Shown: positions 1 through 11,870, counted from the stretch's first letter. The stretch is 64,000 nt of DNA from a candidate division FCPU426 bacterium (GCA_963771075.1 CAVYSE010000003.1:64001-128000); one strand, 5' to 3'. Notes: generated by a model from the sequence alone, not told the origin. A program made the numbers and translations.

Positions 1-836
1 TGTTCTTGTTTTGTAGTCGTCCCGTATGGCACTGTGGATTCCATGGGACTACATTGATTCAGGGGCCCAATGTCAGTTACGTTGCCTCTCGCGTCCGTGA
101 TTTGAAAGTAAGTACCGCTGAACATACCGGTGGAGGTGCTCCAAAACTCGTTATCCCCCACATTATTCCCCAGGCTCAGGGCAGTTGGATAGGTGACACC
201 GTCAACGCCGACGCTCACGCTCACGATGGGAAAAAGATAATCGAGGAATTGGATTTCGGTGTAGTTGACGTTGCATCCCGATTTCCATTCATAGGTGATA
301 TTTCCGGTAGGATTGTTTCCGCCAACATTAAGCAGGCTCATGGGACAAGGAACGAAGTGCCACGAAATGTTTCGGATACCACCCGGAGCATTACCCGTCA
401 TGGCGTTCCAGGCCTGAAGCCCCAGGTCGATCTGATTGGCAGTGCTACAAGAAGGGCACTTGTCCACGATCATTACCGTGATGGCGGAATTGTCCGTGAG
501 ATCGGAAACCGCAGCGCAAGCACCGCAAGCCATTCCCTTTTGATAATCATCCGTGGGGCTGGAAGCGATTGCGGCATAGTAAGTGGGGTCGTACATGCCG
601 GCTTTAAAGCCACAAGCGCCAGTGCCAGGGGAGAGTGGCCCATATTCGGTCGCAATGGAGGTAAAGGCAGTAGGGGGATCCGTCGAACAAAATTTGGTTG
701 TTGAATAATTAATTTGTGCGAATGTCAAACTCGGATGGATGGCAAATATTGCAAAAAAGCACAGGCATATAGAACGAAGATAATTGAAATACCTTCGGCT
801 TTTAGAGTTTTGAAGTGTTGTCCTTTTGGCAACCAT
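1..836 (-). CDS. Secreted expansin-like (DPBB + CBM63-like) protein, N-terminal part; runs off the window edge; not in the ORF track
   Basis: Manual translation from ATG at 836 is open to position 1: MVAKRTT...signal peptide...[18 protein letters not shown]...GMACGAC...[19 protein letters not shown]...WHFVPCP...YEWKSGC. Clear paralog of the N-terminus of 6467..11578. Confidence 0.85.
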   Translation of the reverse strand, partial: MVAKRTTLQNSKSRRYFNYLRSICLCFFAIFAIHPSLTFAQINYSTTKFCSTDPPTAFTSIATEYGPLSPGTGACGFKAGMYDPTYYAAIASSPTDDYQKGMACGACAAVSDLTDNSAITVMIVDKCPSCSTANQIDLGLQAWNAMTGNAPGGIRNISWHFVPCPMSLLNVGGNNPTGNITYEWKSGCNVNYTEIQFLDYLFPIVSVSVGVDGVTYPTALSLGNNVGDNEFWSTSTGMFSGTYFQITDARGNVTDIGPLNQCSPMESTVPYGTTTKQE

Positions 837-1134
837 AAAAGCACCGCCTATCTTGCCAAAAACAAACAATCTTCAACCGTTAAGTTTACGGTTAACTCTC
901 CCCTTTATGTTTTTCAGGAATCTCCTGGGCGAAAATCGTTATTAGAATTGGAAATTCTAGTTTTAACATCTAGACGGTCAGCCCGTCTTTCCATCCAATT
1001 CCTTAGTTAAATTTTACATCTACTTTATTCAATACTTTTAAAATTTTTCATAATATTTTTATAAAGTTGCCTCAAAAAAGCCCCCTATTTCCTTAGGAAA
1101 TTAACGTTTTCCTGCCTTTAGGGAAATCTTCCCT

Positions 1135-2385
1135 ATGTTATCATCTTTAAAATTTATCTACTCATTTGGGAAATCCATGCAATTAAAAAAAACTTTTTTC
1201 TTTCACCTCTTTTTATTGTCGGTCACATTGGCTCATGCCGATTTTGGGTGTCATTTCATCATTAATAAAATTGTTCAACAGGCCCTGGATAACCCGGAAA
1301 CAAAGATCTCTTTTCGTTTTACCTGCCGGGAAGATATGGATTTAATTGGCGTTTCATTTTGCGTTGGTGACGCTCGTAAACCGCCCTCTTACTTAGTCAC
1401 GATCCATGAGGATTCAAAAGGATTTCCGGTTTCACAGGCATTGACTTCTGCAGCCATTACCCCAAAAGCGCATAGTTGGGCCAGCTTGCCCATGGATAAT
1501 CTGCCCCTGCAAGGCGGGCGAGTTTATCACCTTGTCATCGAGCAGGATTCACTTCGCGGGGGAATGCATCCCGTTGGGATCATCGGCCCAGATCATTACG
1601 CGTCGGTATCCTTTAGTGATGTACTCAACGCCTTCGACCCGAGAAATGAGACATTCGATCCCAATTTAAACGTCTTGCTTTATCAAAATAACAAGTGGCA
1701 AGCTCTAGATCGCCAGCCTCTTTACGCCCTTCACGGTACCGGGTCCCGCTTTCAAGGCGATCCTTATGATGAATATGGAGAGTTGGCAATTCACGGAAAT
1801 GGTACACCCAATGAACGTCCTGACGACATTATTCAAGGCGAGGCATTGCATCCCCATTATGGTTTCACCGGAACCGGGTTAGCGGTACGGCTACGCAAGG
1901 TCGGCCACCCTACCCTTCCGTTAAACTACGGCGTCTTCATAATCGACTACCTGCACCACAAAGCCGTCCCCTCTTTCTCTGGAGAAGCTCTAAACCCGGA
2001 TCAAGTGTCGACGACCTATCAATGGGTCACGATTGGATTTCATTCGAAGGACAATCCCAAATCCTTTCCGCCACAGGGCCAATGCGTCGTTTTTCAAACA
2101 GACTCCGGAAAGGCGGTTTCCGAATCTCCGGGTTGCATGGATTGTTACGTCATTTCCGAAGTGGGAAACTCCGGAGGACTCGCCTCCGCCGCGGATTTGA
2201 GCTTTGATGGTGGCGCCCACTTATCCCGGGAAGTCCATTCCAGCGACGGATGGTCAACCTGGACGGATGAATTTGAACGCGACGCCAATATAGTCATCTT
2301 GGGGCCCTCCCAGCCCCCACTATCCGAAAACACGCCCGGTCCCATACCCACCCCCGACCTTTGGTTTCAAGGGTTGACCCCATGA
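1135..2385 (+). CDS. Secreted hypothetical protein (beta-rich)
   Basis: 416 aa ORF with signal-peptide-like segment (FFFHLFLLSVTLAHA; alternative start MQLKK); ATGA overlap with the next gene. Confidence 0.7.
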   Translation: MLSSLKFIYSFGKSMQLKKTFFFHLFLLSVTLAHADFGCHFIINKIVQQALDNPETKISFRFTCREDMDLIGVSFCVGDARKPPSYLVTIHEDSKGFPVSQALTSAAITPKAHSWASLPMDNLPLQGGRVYHLVIEQDSLRGGMHPVGIIGPDHYASVSFSDVLNAFDPRNETFDPNLNVLLYQNNKWQALDRQPLYALHGTGSRFQGDPYDEYGELAIHGNGTPNERPDDIIQGEALHPHYGFTGTGLAVRLRKVGHPTLPLNYGVFIIDYLHHKAVPSFSGEALNPDQVSTTYQWVTIGFHSKDNPKSFPPQGQCVVFQTDSGKAVSESPGCMDCYVISEVGNSGGLASAADLSFDGGAHLSREVHSSDGWSTWTDEFERDANIVILGPSQPPLSENTPGPIPTPDLWFQGLTP

Positions 2386-3551
2386 AATTTTCTGTAATGA
2401 GAATCCATTGGCATCCCAAAATTCTGTTTCACCTTGTTTTCCCATTTCTTTTGATACGTTTTAGCCTCTCCCCTTTGTGGGCCGAGCAAATCCTGGATGT
2501 CGCCGACCCCCTCTCCGTCGCGAAAAACCAAGCCTACCTGGCGGTAAACCAAGGACATCTAAATGACGCACTGGCCCTTGAAGCGAAAGCGAGAAAAATT
2601 GCGGAAGATCGTTGGGGGCCAACTCACCCTTCCCTCTCACCCATTCTCTCCGACATTGCCACAATTGACCGGCACCTGGGATTATTCACGGATGCCGAGG
2701 CCTCACTGAACTGGGCTTTGGCCCTTCGTGTTAGGGCGTATGGTATGGATAACCCTCTCGTAGCAGAGTCACTAAACCAGCTTTCATCCCTTTATTGCGA
2801 TTGGGGCCGGTGGAAAGACGCGGAATATTTTTCCAATCGCGCCCGCATTATTCTAGAAAAACACAAAAATCCACTGAGGAGTCTTTACGCTACTTCGCTC
2901 AACAAGCTAGGCGAAATTCAATTGGCACTCGGCCAAATATCCTCCTCTCTCCATTGGCTTGAGCAAAGCCAAACCTTCCAGGAAGAAAAACCCAATCCAG
3001 ATGCGGGCGTCTACATTCAAACCCTCACGCTTCTCTCGAAAGCCCACCTGCTTAACCACCATTTGCCGGAGGCGCAATCCTTCCTAGAAAAGGCCCTCGA
3101 AACCACCCAAAAAAGGTTTCCCAGTGATTCGATTGAAGTCGCTGACGCCCTTGAAAACCTGGGGTCCTATTTACAGGCTCAAAACCAGTCCCAGTCAGCT
3201 GATCCCCTGTTGGATTCCGCTCTTAAAATCTATGGCCGTTTCATGGGTGATTATTTCGGGTACAGCAATTTGCCTTATGCTTTCAGGCTCGCAAGGGCTT
3301 GCCAATCGGTGGGAAACGATAAAAAGGCTCTCGATCTTTTAACTCACTGCTTGGAAACACAAAAGGAAATTTACGGGGAAAAAAGCCTTCAGGTCGCTCT
3401 GACCCTTTTGGATAAGGCGAAGGTAGAAAAAAAGCTCAACGAAGAACCGCTTTTTATCAAGGATGCCGACGAGGGTTTGAACCTTTTGGAAACCTATTTC
3501 AACTCAGAAAATACATTGATCAAAAAAGCCCGTCTTCTTAGGCATTCATGA
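2382..3551 (+). CDS. Tetratricopeptide repeat protein (kinesin light chain-like TPR), probably exported
   Basis: Repeats such as GPTHPSLSPILSDIA, DNPLVAESLNQLSSLY, SIEVADALENLG, EIYGEKSLQVA; hydrophobic N-terminus. Confidence 0.85.
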   Translation: MKFSVMRIHWHPKILFHLVFPFLLIRFSLSPLWAEQILDVADPLSVAKNQAYLAVNQGHLNDALALEAKARKIAEDRWGPTHPSLSPILSDIATIDRHLGLFTDAEASLNWALALRVRAYGMDNPLVAESLNQLSSLYCDWGRWKDAEYFSNRARIILEKHKNPLRSLYATSLNKLGEIQLALGQISSSLHWLEQSQTFQEEKPNPDAGVYIQTLTLLSKAHLLNHHLPEAQSFLEKALETTQKRFPSDSIEVADALENLGSYLQAQNQSQSADPLLDSALKIYGRFMGDYFGYSNLPYAFRLARACQSVGNDKKALDLLTHCLETQKEIYGEKSLQVALTLLDKAKVEKKLNEEPLFIKDADEGLNLLETYFNSENTLIKKARLLRHS

Positions 3552-5482
3552 GTTTCGATTTAAATGTTTCAGCGCGCCAATCTTCCCCCAAAGAACCCAC
3601 TCCAAAAATTCATTTCCCCGCATCAGGACAAGGCTATTGGGCCTTCGCCTTCGCGGCTTGTTTCCTGCTTCTGATCCTTTTGGGGACGAGAAAAATAGAA
3701 TCCTACGACCTGGGCACCCATCTGAAATCAGGTTCCTGGATTGTTCAAAATCACGCTTTCCCATCAAAAGACACCTTCACTTATACGCAGAACACCCAGG
3801 ATTACCTGGATTCCAACGGACTCTATCAAATCCTTCTTTATTCCCTTCAAACCCTGGGTGGTTATCCCGCCCTGACCTTGATGAACATCGCGGTATTTAT
3901 CGCAGTCTTCGGGATTTTAGCCTGGCGCCTTCTCTTGTCGGGCGCAAACCCGCCTTGGGCCTGTCTTTTCTTTTTCGTAGCTATTTTAGTGATGGAACGT
4001 CGCTTTTTTGTCCGGCCCGAGCTTTTCTCCTGGCTTTTCCTTTCGCTTACTCTACTGATACTCGAATACCGGGAAAAAGGCAGGAATTACCTTTATTTAC
4101 TGCCCCTGATCCAGCTTTTCTGGGTCAATATGGAAGGCCTGTTTGTCTTAGGCTGGGCTCCGATAGTCACTCAAGCCGCAAGAGGATATCTTCAACGCCG
4201 GAAACTGGACAAAGCCCTGATCCACGCAAGTTTTTTGTGCCTCGGAGCGGATTTGTTGAACCCATATTTTTTCAAGGGAGTCGCCTTTCCATTCATCCTA
4301 TGGTCCCGTCTTCAGGGTTCCAATCTTCATAAACAAAACATTTCCGAATTGGCCTCGCCGATTCAGTCCTTTTTCTACTTAACCCATCATCACGATTCCG
4401 CCTTGCATCTTTATCTTTTCTTTTTCCTGGTGGCGACCGTGGCCATCTTGTTGGTTGCGACCTTTAAAAAAAGAAACCTCAACGAAATCACACTTGTCGT
4501 CATTTTCGGGATTCTTGCTTTTAGCGCAATTCGGAACATCCCATTTTTTGTCTTGGTCTCCGTCCCATTGATTCCGGTTATGCTCCAAGACCGCCTTCGA
4601 GGCCGCGAGGAACCCTTTTTCAGGCAAAAATCCCTTCCAATATTGTCGATTATCCTAATTCTCTTACTCTGCGCGAGAGTCGTAACCAACGCCTACTATA
4701 TTTCCGACCGGAGAGTGGATCGATTTGGCTTGGGCTTGGGTGAATATTGTCTTCCAGTAAAAGCGGCGACCTTTTTAAATCTGAATCATCTGGACCAGCG
4801 GATTTTAAACACACTGAACGATGGAGGATGGCTGAATTGGCAGGCTCCCCAACTAAGTTTCATTGATGGCCGTTCAGAAGTGATGTCCGATGATTTCTAC
4901 GCGGAATATTTGGAAAGTCAGGCGCCCGGAGGTCTTTCGCACCTCGTGGCACGCTATCAACCACAATTGATCCTGGTGGATTACAACACCCATAATACCT
5001 GGGTGGATCAACTCCGGGGTTCCAGCGATTGGCGCCTGATCTATTTAGATGACTGTTCTGCCCTTTACGCCGCCAAAGACTACGCCCTCCAGTTACCCAC
5101 TTTCGATTTCACGAACCTGCTTTCGAATTACGAAATCCCTTTTATTCTCGAGGAAGACATGCTTTCCATCGTAAGTCAAGGGAATCCCCATCCATTCAAT
5201 TATTGGGTCAGCGGTTTCTTTAAGCCACAAACCTATCCCTTGGGCCTTTCCAATCTCGGCCTTTTCGCCCTGAAATACGGCCAATACCCGGTCGCACGGA
5301 TGTTTTTTTTGCGGTGCCTTCAATTGGCCGGGGGACATTATGAAGAAATCTTTTTCAATTTAGGGATTTCAAATCTGCATTTAGGAAATTTCGAATTGGG
5401 CCGTCTTTGTCTTCAGCAAGCCTTCAAACTAGACCCATCCAATCCGGAAACCCGCAGGATGTTAAGCCATTTTTCCCAGTGA
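3548..5482 (+). CDS. Polytopic membrane protein, putative GT-C-type glycosyltransferase with C-terminal TPR
   Basis: About 11 TM segments; acidic first-loop motif YDLGTHLKSGSWI..P.KDTFTYT, then RPELFS, LFWVNMEG, GGWL.W...FIDGRSE; C-terminal TPR (FNLG...AFKLDPSN). Confidence 0.6.
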   Translation: MSFDLNVSARQSSPKEPTPKIHFPASGQGYWAFAFAACFLLLILLGTRKIESYDLGTHLKSGSWIVQNHAFPSKDTFTYTQNTQDYLDSNGLYQILLYSLQTLGGYPALTLMNIAVFIAVFGILAWRLLLSGANPPWACLFFFVAILVMERRFFVRPELFSWLFLSLTLLILEYREKGRNYLYLLPLIQLFWVNMEGLFVLGWAPIVTQAARGYLQRRKLDKALIHASFLCLGADLLNPYFFKGVAFPFILWSRLQGSNLHKQNISELASPIQSFFYLTHHHDSALHLYLFFFLVATVAILLVATFKKRNLNEITLVVIFGILAFSAIRNIPFFVLVSVPLIPVMLQDRLRGREEPFFRQKSLPILSIILILLLCARVVTNAYYISDRRVDRFGLGLGEYCLPVKAATFLNLNHLDQRILNTLNDGGWLNWQAPQLSFIDGRSEVMSDDFYAEYLESQAPGGLSHLVARYQPQLILVDYNTHNTWVDQLRGSSDWRLIYLDDCSALYAAKDYALQLPTFDFTNLLSNYEIPFILEEDMLSIVSQGNPHPFNYWVSGFFKPQTYPLGLSNLGLFALKYGQYPVARMFFLRCLQLAGGHYEEIFFNLGISNLHLGNFELGRLCLQQAFKLDPSNPETRRMLSHFSQ

Positions 5483-5494
5483 TCCAGGAAAGGC

Positions 5495-8400
5495 CTATCG
5501 AACCACGACGATCTTGAGGGCCTTGTGGCCCACCAGGCCGCCTTGGACGTTGTAGGCGTCCACCGCCATGAAATAAACCCCGCTCGCCAGTCCCGCCGCG
5601 TCGCAAGTGGCCATGTTGGAACCTGCCGGACCCGTGACCTCCCTCCTCACCAGTTCCCCAGCCGCATCATAGACCCGGAAGGCCAGGGTCAGGCTTTCCC
5701 CTGAATCCGACACCACCTGGACACTGTATCCCGTCCCCGCGTTCAACAGGTTCGGCCTCGCCGTCAGGTTCCCCATCCCCGCGTTCGCGTTATCCGACAT
5801 CACCATCACATGCCCCGTCATCACCGTCTCCCCGCCCTGGCCATCCTGTGCCGAACCGAGATGAAATACTGCCCCGACGCCACCACCGCCCCATTGTCCC
5901 CCGTACCGTCCCACACGATCGTCGTCCCGTTGTTGAGCGTGATCGTTACATTGGTCGGAATCGTCCCCGCCGGCGTCCCGCTCGTCGGCTCGAACCTGTC
6001 GTCGACAGTCCCAACTGCGTCGCGTTGTTGACACCGGGTTGCTCGTATAGGAATAGAGGTTCTTCACCACCTCTCCCGCCTCGTTGTAGATCTTCACCGC
6101 CACCTTGTACACCGCCCGGTTCACCACCACCGGTTCCGTCACGCTCGTGTCCACTCCCATCCTACTGATGCTGTCCACCTTCACGAAATACTGCCCGTTC
6201 ACCGCCGGGTTCCCCGTCGAGTCCATCCCGTTCCATGTCCCGATCGGCACCCCATCGAAATAGATCGTCGTCGGGCTTCCCGTCCCGCTTACTGCCGTGA
6301 TCGCGTTGGACTCAGGCTGAGCCGTTGATCACCTGCGAATAGTGGCTCACCGGCATCGACTGGATCAGTTCCCCCGCCTCGTTATACACCCCGATCTTCA
6401 CCGTGTATTGCCCCGTCGTTTGTACACTCGCGCAAGAGGACGCCGCGGCCCCTCCCGTATAGTTCATTACCGCACAGTTTTGGATATCCATCCTCCCGGA
6501 ACCAGGGGGTTCACCATTACCTGGTAGGTCATCTGGTACTGAGCCGGGCCCAGGGGCGAGGGCATCTGCCAGGTCAACACCGAGGTCGCCTGGTTGTAGG
6601 ACGCGGTCACTCCCGCGGGCGTATAGCTAAACGATTCGAAGATCACATTGGCCGGCAAGGGGTCGGTCACCACCACGTTCGTCACGCTGTTCCCCACCAC
6701 GTTCAACGTGAGGGTATAAATCACCGCCCCTCCCCCGCCCGTGCTGGAGGAGGAAGCCTGTTTGCTCAAGGACGCCAATCCCGTCGGGGTCGGGGTTGCC
6801 GTAGCCGTGGGGGTTGCTGTCACCGTCATGCTCGGGGTCGGAGTGGAGGTACGCGTGGGAGTGGAGGTATGGGTTGAGGTCGGGGTTGGGCTGGGTGTTC
6901 CACTGGGGGTAGCCGTCGGGCTATTCGTGGGGGTGCGGGTATTCGTCGGGGTGCCGGTGCTGGTCGCCGTGTGGGTCGGGGTGCCGCTATTGGTCGAGGT
7001 CGGGGTGAACGTAGGCGTCGCGGTCACGGTAAAGGTGCGGGTGTCCGTCGGAGTCAACGACCAGGTGGGGGTATTCGTGGCCGTAAAGGTATTGCTCGGC
7101 GTATAGCTGTTCGTCGGTGTCATCGTGGATGTGTGTGTGTGGGTTGAAAGGGCTGTAATGGAAGCGGTTGGTGTGGCAGTGATTGTGTACGTGTTTGTGA
7201 TTGTGGGGCTGTATTGGAATGTTGGGGTCCAGGTAGGTGACTGAGTCCTGGTTGAGGAGTAAGTGGCGGTCGGGCTGTTCGAGGCCGTTGGGCTGTTCGT
7301 CGCTGTGAAGCTGTTTGTTGGAGTAAAGGTGGGCGTAACCGTATTGGTATTCGTGGGAGTCTGAGTATGGGTGGGCGTATAGGTGGCCGTGTAGGTATTC
7401 GTGGAAGTGGGGGTGAAAGTAATGGTGAAGGTGGAGGTGGGGGTGGGGGTATCCGTAATGGTCGGGCTGTATTGGAAGGTGTGGGTCCAAGTCGGGGACA
7501 AGGTGATGGTATAGGTCGAGGTAATGGTAGCAGTGTTGGTCGGGGTGTGGGTGAAGGTAGGAGTGGCGGTAATGGTCGGGGTGTTCGTTTGGGTAAGTGT
7601 GTTGGTTGAGGTGGAGGTGTTCGTGGTCGTGACTGTGGGCGTAATGGACAAGGTGTTGGTTGACGTCATGGTTAGGGTCAAGGTAGCAGTCACCGTGGGG
7701 GTATTGGTAAGGGTCAGGGTGTTAGTTTGGGTCGGGGTGACAGTCAGGGTACGGGTCAAGGTCGCGGTGGGGGTGGGTGTCACCGTCAAAGTATTCGTGG
7801 GGGTCGCCGTCAACGTAAAGGTATTCGTCAGGGTCAAGGTCGGGGTCACCGTGGGCGTATTGGTGGGTGTGCGGGTGGAGGTGTTGGTCGGGGTTGAGGT
7901 CGTTGTAGGCGTATTCGTGGAGGTCGGAGTCAGTGTGGTCGTGGGCGTAGGAGTAGGGGTGGGCGTGTTGGTGCGAGTATTGGTTGGGGTAGGAGTATTC
8001 GTGGGAGTGGGAGTAGGCGTATTGGTAGGAGTTAACGTGGGTGTGGGTGTGTTGGTGTAAGTTCGAGTGGGTGTCACGGTTGGCGTCAATGTGGGTGTGG
8101 CGGTGTTGGTGGGGGTCGGTGTGGGCGTTGGCGTATTGGTAGGGGTAAAAGTCGGAGTAACCGTGGGTGTGTTGGTGGGAGTCGGGGTCGGGGTATTCGT
8201 CGGTGTAAGAGTGGGGGTAGGGGTAGAAGTTGGTGTATTGGTCGGTGTATGAGTGGGTGTAACCGTGGGGGTCATCGTGGGAGTGGGCGTGGGTGTATTG
8301 GTATGGGTCAAAGTCGGAGTTGGAGTATTGGTAGGGGTATTAGTTGGGGTCACAGTGGGTGTTTTCGTTGGTGTATTCGTTGGTGTTGGAGTGTTAGTGG

Positions 8401-11400
8401 GTGTGGGTGTGGGTGTATTGGTCGGGGTCATGGTGGGAGTCGGCGTGTTCGTTGGAGTGGGGGTAGGTGTATGTGTGGGTGTATTGGTGGGTGTATTGGT
8501 CGGAGTCGGAGTCGGCGTATTGGTTGGTGTCATTGTGGGAGTTGGAGTGTTGGTTGGGGTTGGGGTGGGTGTGGGTGTATAGGTGTTCGGGGGTGTCGGC
8601 GTCGGCGTGGGTGTTCGGGTGGGGGTGGGGGTAGGCGTTGGTGTATTGGTCGGGGTAGGTGTAGGAGTGGGTGTATTGGTCGGTGTAGGAGTCGGCGTAT
8701 TGGTCGGCGTCGGTGTAGGAGTTTTGGTCGGGGTCGGAGTAGGAGTGGGAGTATTTGTGGGTGTGGGGGTAGGCGTGTTGGTCGGGGTTGGGGTGGGGGT
8801 CGGAGTGTTAGTAGGGGTAGGAGTGGGAGTAGGAGTTTTAGTTGGTGTCGGGGTAGGAGTCGGTGTATTAGTCGGGGTTGGAGTGGGAGTGGGTGTGTTA
8901 GTTGGGGTAGGTGTAGGCGTCGGGGTGATCGTCGGGGTGGGGGTAGGGGTTGGGGTACGAGTCGGGGTGGGTGTGGGAGTGGGCGTGTTAGTAGGAGTGG
9001 GGGTCGGGGTTGGGGTATTGGTGGGCGTGGGGGTTCGGGTGGGGGTCGGTGTGGGAGTACGGGTAGGGGTTGGTGTCGGAGTAGGGGTAAAGGTGGGATT
9101 ACAAACACCATGCCAAGCAAAAGATTTGAATAGATCGTTCGGGCAACCATGGTCACTGATGCCCACAAGTCCCGATGAATAAGTCGAATCCGTGAAGGTC
9201 GTGCCAAAGGTATAAGAACCCTGGGCGGCGCCAATGGAGACAATGAAGCTGTTCCCACTGACGATCAATTGGATCCATACCGAGGTTGGACACATGGCGC
9301 ACATGGCGCTGTTGGCAGGCAGGTCCACCGTTTGGGTTTTAGTAACGTTTCCGGTACCCGTGCTGGCGGCCCCATACACGTTGAAAGTCAGAGTGCTATC
9401 CGCGTTTGCGCAATTGTCCCCGTCAAATTGAATTTCATACCCCGCGCCCGTGGAGGGGTTCACGTCCCACATGATGCCCCCCTCGTTCGGAGATTGATGC
9501 ACGTTATTTTGGCAATAATTCACCACCATGGTCCCGGGGCCGCTGGCGACCTGGGTGTTCAGCAGCTGGTTGTTTTCATCCAAACACGAGGAATAAACGC
9601 CGCCTACGAACGAAACACCGTTGGTACCTTCACCCCAAGTACCTTGGTCGGGCGGTGCAGCCCCCACCATCCAGCCAGGAGGAGTACCAGGAACCGACTG
9701 ATTGAAAGTCTGACTCACCGAACATTGTTGGGTCGGGTTACATTGGTATTGGGCCACGACCGCCTGTTGCCAATAGCTGCTTTTGGCCGTTAAAGGTGGA
9801 GCCGGGTCTAACCCCCACTCAAAACTCTGACCATTGTTGCTGAAGGCGCTAGTGGGCGGGTAATAATCCCTAGATATTTCATCAGGACCGCTTCCGACTT
9901 TACAATTCAAGGCGCCTGGAGGGCCGCTCCATACGGCTGGAGACCCTTCGTTACCCCCGTATTGTGAACCATTTGACGCCGGTGGATGGTTGGGGCCCGA
10001 TCCGTTGGTTTCGATCTGGTCCATGAATCCATTGGTACTGCCGGTACACTCCTGGGCGCCGCCAAGAGCGGAAAAACGCGTCGAGTAGGAACCGCAACTC
10101 ATGCCCAGGCAGGTCCAATTCAAGTTGGTGTCATAGGGGGGATAACCATATGCTATTTGGCCGTTTTCTTCATAATGCCATGCGCTCTCCCCATCCGAGA
10201 TGGCCACGACATTATTGGAGGTTTCCGCCGGATTTTTGTAAAGCACCATCAGCCCCAATCCCTGGCATGAATCGCCGACGGCGGAGGTGTTAACGGTATT
10301 GGCGCCCGTGTTAAGGGAACCGGGACTAATTCCATAACGAATGCTGTACCAGGTCTGGGTCCATCCGACATAGGAAACCGCACCCGTATTTGTTCCAGTG
10401 CCTGTCCCGTTTCCATTGATCGTGATTTGAGTCGTATTAGGAGCAACATCAGCACCACCGTTGTTGTATTCCACATATAGGAAGGCCGTGACGGCTGTTG
10501 ATCCTGCGGGAAGAGTTACGTTCAAGGGTTGGCCGCACTGGGCAGAGACCATGGTGTAATCTAACCCGGTACCCTGGGCCACTAAACTTTGCTGTTGGGA
10601 ATAGGCGCTCGGTTGGCTCGCGCCGCAATTGGTGAAGGTAATCCCGCTGACCGTCACGGGCTGCATGGGGGCAGGTGTTTGGGTGATGGTGGGGGTCGCG
10701 GTATGGGGTCCGGGAGTGTTGGTGGGCCCGGTCCCATTAAATTGGTTGGTGGTCGTATAGGTCGTTCCGCAGGAACCCACGCTCAAAGGTCCAATGGTTG
10801 TGGATTGCCCACAGGCGTTCGTTACGTCGAAATAAAATGGCCCTCCGGAGTTTCCGTTCAGGCCACCGCTGGTGAGTCCCCAATACTCATCCCCACCCAC
10901 GCCGTTCGCACCCAATGTAAGAGCCGTGTAGGTGCCATTGGAGGTAGAGGAGACACTGACAGACGTGATGGGAATATTCATGTCCAAAAACTGGATGGGA
11001 TCGTAACTTGCGCTGCAACCTGACTTCCATTCATACATGATGTCACCGGAGGGGTCCCCGGTCATCATGCTCAAAGGACACTGGATGAAATGCCAGTCGA
11101 TATTTGCGATACCCGCTGGAGCATTTCCCGTCAATGTGTTCCAGGCAGTGGGGCCCAAATCCAGTTGGTTTGCGGTGGAACAACTCGGACAGTTGTCCAC
11201 CACCATGACCGTGACGGAACCGCCCGTCGTTATATCCAACGCGTCGATGCAAGCCCCGCAGGCCATACCGTTCTGGTAATCAGCGCTGATGATGGCGGCG
11301 TAATAATTCGGATCGTAGGTCCCACTCGGAAAACCGCAATTGCCCGTACCCGGGGATAGGGGCCCGTAGGTAGTCGCGATGGATGTATAGGTGGTGGGTG

Positions 11401-11578
11401 AACTGGAACAAATGACGGCCGAACCAAGAACTTGGGCGTAAGAATACGTTACCGGTAGAATTCCGATAATAAGTGAAGTAATAAATATTTTTGCGCTTCG
11501 ATTGTCGTTAAAATTAACCAACAATCGACGCTCATGAAAACATGATAACGTTTTCAGGAACTTCAGTAACGAATTCAC
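5495..11578 (-). CDS. Giant secreted protein (~2000 aa): expansin-like head, beta-rich domains, ~770 aa Thr/Pro stalk, DUF11-like domain, FlgD-Ig repeats and T9SS-like C-terminal tail; frameshifted in its 3' part
   Basis: ORFs 6467..11578 and 5495..6250 join through frame changes near 6490, 6320, 6035, 5995 and 5855 (bridging frames read [29 protein letters not shown] and [29 protein letters not shown]). Motifs [60 protein letters not shown]. Confidence 0.85.
6790..9100 (-). repeat. Low-complexity coding repeat, (TP)n / TPTNTP / TxT stalk
   Basis: Degenerate 6-nt codon-pair periodicity over about 2.3 kb. Confidence 0.95.
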
Positions 11579-11870
11579 GTACTGCTCCCCTATGAATCCC
11601 TGACGAAGTTAGTCAACCTGCTGGTTTTGAAATTGTTGTTTTGGCGTGGAATTAATTAGTTCGCAGGTTCCGACTTCTTCTACCTATAAGCTACCATGAT
11701 TTGCGTCATAAATGTATGTTTCCCGACAATTTTTTTCACATTTTGGGTAATAAAATCGCTTCAATCGTCAATAAAAAGCCTTGTTTTGCCGCCATTTAAT
11801 GAAATAGGGCTAAAAGAGGGTATAAAAACTTCCAAAAACGGAGAATAAACGGCTTAAAACCAATTTACAG

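Noticed and set aside
6..704. 232-aa plus-strand ORF
   Set aside because: Antisense shadow of the expansin-like gene on the minus strand (1..836)
6741..9258. Val/Gly-rich, Gly/Arg/Cys-rich and Pro/His-rich ORFs; possible CRISPR or satellite
   Set aside because: Alternative-frame and antisense readings of the Thr/Pro codon repeat; no constant repeat-spacer structure
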